Assembly (NCBI RefSeq): GCF_000372725.1
Contig: NW_005201792.1
Coordinates: 809,440-873,439, forward strand
DNA: 64,000 nucleotides
Reading direction: 5' to 3'
Source: Emiliania huxleyi CCMP1516
Lineage: Eukaryota
In this document: positions 59,098 through 64,000 of the stretch, one piece after another
Numbering within the stretch: position 1 is the first letter of the stretch
How the letters are laid out: each line of letters opens with the position of its first letter
Notes under the pieces: model-generated
What the model saw: only the letters and a program-made list of their open reading frames with translations
Databases searched by the model: none
Told to the model about the DNA's origin: nothing
Program-made: the position numbers and the translations under genes

Positions 59098-59226
59098 TTG
59101 GGGAGGGTTGACATCGTGATTTCCGCGGAAAATTTCTTTTTCTGCTGTGAAAATTCCAGCGTGAAGAGAGGGGAAACGACGGGAGGGCCTAGACCTACCC
59201 TACCTACCCCGTCATGAGGCCCGCCC

Positions 59227-60760
59227 AGAAAGAAAGAAAGAAAACAGACAACCCAAGGGAGGGATGGGAGGACGGCACGCCGCCACCACACAGGGATTTT
59301 AAGGAGAGGTGTGTGGTGCGCTATCCGTCGCCCACCCTAGGGAGTCTGCCTCTTCCTATCTCTCTTCGCAGTCTCTCGCCGATTCTCGCTGCAACCTTCA
59401 TGCCACCTCGCGGTCGTCCCACCCTCGTCGAACTCTCCCTTGTCACTTCCTCCTCTGTCGCGTTGTTGTCTTCTGCCTCGTCCTGCGACGCCGCCGCCTG
59501 CCGGTCCCTTGTTCTCGCGGCTTCTTTCGCCTTTCGGCGCAACTCCGTCCTCCTCGCGGCGTATCCTGGCCCCTCGAGTCTATCGAGCTCCCCTCGCGCA
59601 AGGACACATTTCTGACTCCCACTCCGATCATTTGCCTACAGGTCATGTTGTTGCTCAGGTCCACTCTCTCTTCGAACACTCGTGCCTCTACGGATGATGC
59701 CGGCGCTGGGGTCCCCTTCGGATGCATCGTGACATCTGACAACTGGATTTCCACTGGTTCGTCCTCCTCGGAGTCATCTTCCCCGTCCTCCTTCCGCTCG
59801 GCTCTTCGCTCGGTACGTTCGGTGTGGCTCACCCTCCATGCCGTGAACAGGCGCTTTATCCACCCTATATTCTTCTCTCGTTCCTCTGCCCGTGCCCTGG
59901 TCTTGTCGTTGTTTCGCACCCATGTCTGTATGGCAATCGAGGCTGCCTTCCCCACTACCTGTAGTTCACTCGTCACCTCTCCCGCGAGCTCCCTTCTCTT
60001 TCTTTCGGGTATGGACTCTGTCAGTGCTGGCAGCGTGCAGGCAATCACGGGCGCTATTTTGTCGTATTCCTCTTCGGCGAGCGCTCCAAATCTAGACCCT
60101 TTCGCCTTTAAGGAGGCTGCCCTCGCTCGTCTCAGGAATGTGGCGGTGTCTTTTGAGTCCGGCGCCTCCCGTTCAACTCTTGCTGTCGCCCTCGCTGTGT
60201 GTTTGTCGAGCTTCCGCATGAAGTGACGCGCCTCTTCCTTATTTCCAGCGCAGCTGCCGCTCAGTATGTGCGCCAACGATGCCTATGGTGGCTCACTGTC
60301 TTCTTGTTTCCAGTCGTCCCAGTCTCCCAGTTCCCCGCGTCTCCTCCTTGCCTCGCGCGCCTCTTTTGTGGCCTCATCCCTAGCCGCCTTGCACGCTCTG
60401 CATCCCCAGAACGCACTTCTCGTGGCGGGGCCCCTCATCCCCCGTTTCTTTTCCCCCTCTAGAATACGCCTGTGGTGTGCCCCGTGTGGCACCCCGACCT
60501 GTTGTCTCACCCTGGCCCCCAAGATCGTTTTGGTCGTCACATTGTGATCCCCGACGTCGTCAAATGTCGCCCGCCTGTCCTTCCCCCCGTTCTCGTCCGG
60601 TAATCTCATCTTATTATCCCATCGATGCTTGAGGCTGGCTACTGCCACTTCGCTCCACAACCGTCCCGCCACCCCTGCCGTGTGCGATCCTGGCCTCACT
60701 GTCTTTCGATATTGCTCGCACACCCACTCGTGCGCGCTCTTACACATGTGTCCGTACAAG
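59227..60760 (-). mobile_element. Longest family A copy (~1.5 kb), encoding a degenerate ORF2-like C-terminus with a CCHC knuckle
   Basis: ORFs 60283-60759 and 59443-60276 are in frame across a single TAG: CRAC...SLAHILSGSC; followed by the conserved terminus and (TTTC)n. Confidence 0.8.
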
Positions 60761-60930
60761 CAAAAATACTAGGCACGGAATTTTCTTCTATTTGCCGCGT
60801 GAATTTTGCGCCTCTCGACGCCGCTCGCCCGGGGCGTAGTCGGTGTATTCGCCCGCTCGCGTAGCGGGAGGCATTCCGGTGAGAGTCGAACTCGCGATAT
60901 CGGGCCGGGTGGCGGAGGCACCGCCGACCC

Positions 60931-63668
60931 ATGTCATCGCCTGCTAAGCGCCCGCTGAGCCGACAGCTCCAACAACGGCGCGTCCCCTCGCCACGCATCG
61001 CGCCTCCTCCTCCTCCGCCAGTGGCGGCGGCGGCTCCAGCACCTCTCGATCGGTTCCACTTTCTCCGTGGGTTGAACAATCAGAACGAAGTGATCAAGGC
61101 GTGTATGCCGTTGACCGACGAGCAGCTAAAGGCGATCGAGCAGGCCCGCTCGCCGAGTGCCATCGCCGAGGACGCGCAAGGCGGGCGTATCAACCTGCTG
61201 CTGGCAGCCGCCGCGTCGGGCAAGACGACGACGATGCTCGCGCTGATCGAGGTGCTGCATGCGCTCGGCCACGGCTCACGGGGCGGCACCTACACGCTCT
61301 ACGCCGTGTTCAACGCGAACGCGAGGGGTGACGCCGACAAGAGGATGCACAAGCTGTCGGCAGGTGCGAAAAGGTCGGTGGACTGTCGCACTACGCACTC
61401 GGCGGCTCAACACTGCACCCCGGAGCTGAAGAACAACATCCAGTTCCCCAAAAACTCGGCGCGCCGCGAGTGGCGCTGTCCGGAGATGGGGGGCGGAGCG
61501 ATCGAGAAGTACGTCCGGCGAGTCTGCGGTGACGAGATCCGCGAGCACGTCATGAGCGGGAGCTCGCCGCCGAGCACCGACAAACAGCGGCAGCGCGACG
61601 AGGAGCTCTGCGCGTTTTGGATTTACAAGACGTGGCTCAACTGGGTGCAGAAGGTGCCCGAGTACGGCGGGCGGCAGTACGGCCGATGGCGTGTCTTCAC
61701 ACTTGTGGGCTTGAATAGGCGGGCTGCCTCGGGGCCCTCGCCCCGGCCAACATCGACGCCTCCACCCGGATCGGCAAGCTGACCTACTACCCGTGCGTCA
61801 AGAACTGGACCGGCGAGGGCGGTGAGGAGGGGCGGCGGAGGCAGCGGCTGCCGGGCTGCTTCCCGGGCACCTTCTACACGGCGTGCGCCGTCAAGCTGTG
61901 GCACGCGATGATGGCGGAGCGGCTCTTTGTGACGCACGACGCCTACCTCAAGTACGCGCAGCTGTCGAAGCACCCCTTCGGCTGGTTCGACGCGCTCCTC
62001 CTCGACGAGAGCCAGGACCTGACCGAGTGCCAGGTGGAGCTCCTCGTCGTGAACCAGCCTCAGGCAGACATCTTCGTGGTGGGCGACGCGGTGCAGTCGC
62101 TCTACTCTTGGCGCGGCGCGGCACCCAAGCAGCTGCGGCAGCTGCGGCAGCGCGTCGCGCCTCGCGCCGTCAAGGATGATCTGAGCATGACGCGCAGCTT
62201 CCGGTTCGGGCCCGGCATCGCGCGCATCGCCAACCACTTCCTCTTCCTCAAAAAGCACAGCCGGCAGCACAGCTTGTGGCACCACTACACGATCAGCGGC
62301 GCGGGGAAGCTGCCGGTCCTGTACGTCGGCGGCGAGCCGCTGAGCGGGCGGCGGACTGTCGTCGGCCGCTCCAACGCGGGCCTCCTGTGCGAGGCCTTCG
62401 CGCTGCTGTCGGCCGACCCGACGGTCAAGGTTGCGCTGCTCGGCCCCAAAGACACCACCTACGAGAGGTTCGAGGGGATCTGCGACGATGTGCTCGTGCT
62501 GCAGCCGCACTTCAAGGCGGAGGACGGCTTCTCCTTCAGGGGCGCGCAGTACGACTCGTGGGAGGACTTTGAGCAGGAGGTCGAGGACCGAGAGATGCCG
62601 TACGGGCCTCACCTCTCTCTGCTGCGCAAGTTTGCCAGCGGCGGCGACGAAGGCGGCGGCGGCGGCGGCGGAGGCGGAGGCGGCGGCGGAGGAGGCGGCG
62701 GCGGCGGCGGCGGCGGGTCTAGCGGCGATGGTGGAGGCCAATTGGCGGAGTTGGTTGACCTGTTTCGGGAGCACGTGTTGCGCCGGCGGCTGGCGGAGGA
62801 CGAGTGCGAGGTGCTGCTCACGACGGCGTGCGGTGCAAAGGGCCTGGAGTGGGACAATGTCAAGGTGCAGCCGAGATTCATCCGAGATCGAGGCCGGTAT
62901 CATCCGAGATCCAGCCCCGCCAGCCGCGTTGCAATCCCGCGCAGGTGCTCGATGACTACGCCAAGCTAATGACCTTCGAGCGCGTGCCGGAGGAGGAGCT
63001 GCAGCAGGGCGGCGAATACGCGTCCATCCAGGCGGAAGGCGCGTCGCCACATCGTGGCGCGCCGATGCGTTTCTGCTTGCCCGGGGACTGGAAGGGTCTA
63101 GAATCGCAGAAACGTCAGCGCAGCTGGAGCTGCCGTCTCTTGATCTGTCTAGCTGTGAGCAGGCGACGAGCTCAACTCGTGGTACGTCGCCGTGACGCGG
63201 GCGCGGCAGCGCCTGCAGCTGCCCAGCCGGTTCTGGGCGTTGCATGACGCCGTGTGGGGCGGTGGAGACTTCCGCCCGGACCCATCCGAGGAGAGCGCGC
63301 CTCAGTACACCGCGGAGGAGGTCGAGGGCATCAATGCGCTCCTCGCCAAGATGCGTGGCGCGCTCCCACCAGCCGGCGCCGAGATGGAGGACGAGCTCAG
63401 CCAGGGCAGCAGCGTGGCGACGGCCGCCCCCTCCGCCCACGGCACCCCCTCCTCGTTGCCCTCCTGCTCCGCCGTCTCGCCAGCAGGCTCGGCGCTTCGA
63501 GGCCTCGCGCTTGGTACGCCCGACGCAGCACCATCGGCCCTCCGCCGAGAGGATTACGAGCCCGCCGACGGCCACGACGCGGAGGGCGAGGCTGCTCTCG
63601 ACGAGTTGCTCAACGAAGGAGCGCCGTCGCCGCCGACAGCCCGCACGCTCCGCTTTTCGGACGGATAG
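60931..63668 (+). CDS. UvrD/Rep superfamily-1 DNA helicase (FBH1-like core, no F-box seen), multi-exon
   Basis: LTDEQ, AAAASGKTTT, FN, TTHS, LLDESQDL, VGDAVQSLYSWRGA, MTRSFRF, RSNA, AKGLEWDNV, DELNSWYVAVTRARQRL. Confidence 0.9.
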
Positions 63669-64000
63669 TGATTGTGCCAGACTGGAGAGATAGTTGACTG
63701 TACTTTTGTGTGACGTGTCAGTAAGCGTATCGGTGAATCGTCTAATTTTGTTTTCGCGCTCCGCCTCTCGTGACTCGTCGCCGCGCTCCGGGGTGCGAGA
63801 GGTGTATACAGCAAAGCTTCAGCCGGAACCCGGTTTTTCCCGCGGGCGCCTGGCGCGTGGGCTGGGGCTCTCACGCCCCGCGAGATCGCCACCTCTCTCA
63901 CTCTCTCGCTCGGCTCTCACGGCTCTCGCGGTCTTCATGTGTGTTTCCGTGTACCGCACAGGGCTCGGGGGGGGGGGGGGGGGCTCTTCTTCTCTTTCAG

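Noticed and set aside
60283..60285. In-frame TAG as programmed readthrough or pyrrolysine
   Set aside because: It lies in a truncated, degenerate retroelement copy; a simple nonsense mutation is more likely

Overview
GC-rich, intron-containing eukaryotic DNA with frequent GC-AG introns, 11-bp intronic tandem repeats and TTAGGG tracts. These traits are consistent with a haptophyte alga such as Emiliania/Gephyrocapsa (inference only). About 22 genes are present: PI4-kinase with an internal PH domain, TPR-methyltransferase, prefoldin 1, amino-acid transporter, XPA, PHD protein, fatty-acid elongase, nickel superoxide dismutase, three 2OG-Fe(II) oxygenase domains (one fused to a GT61 glycosyltransferase), CtpA, carboxylesterase, histidine phosphatase, a Cys-type deiodinase homologue, two UvrD-family helicases (one fused to a J-domain) and several hypothetical proteins. 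The intergenic space holds many mobile elements whose ends can be read directly. These include a (TTTC)n-tailed non-LTR retrotransposon family in about 9 variably 5'-truncated copies (four with 7-13 bp TSDs), a sister (TTTA)n-tailed family, and TIR elements with 8-bp, 3-bp and TA duplications; one of the TIR elements carries a satellite plus a telomeric tract. Several short introns look newly created by exon duplication around AT-rich filler. There are two assembly gaps. Exon boundaries were inferred by eye and no database search was run.
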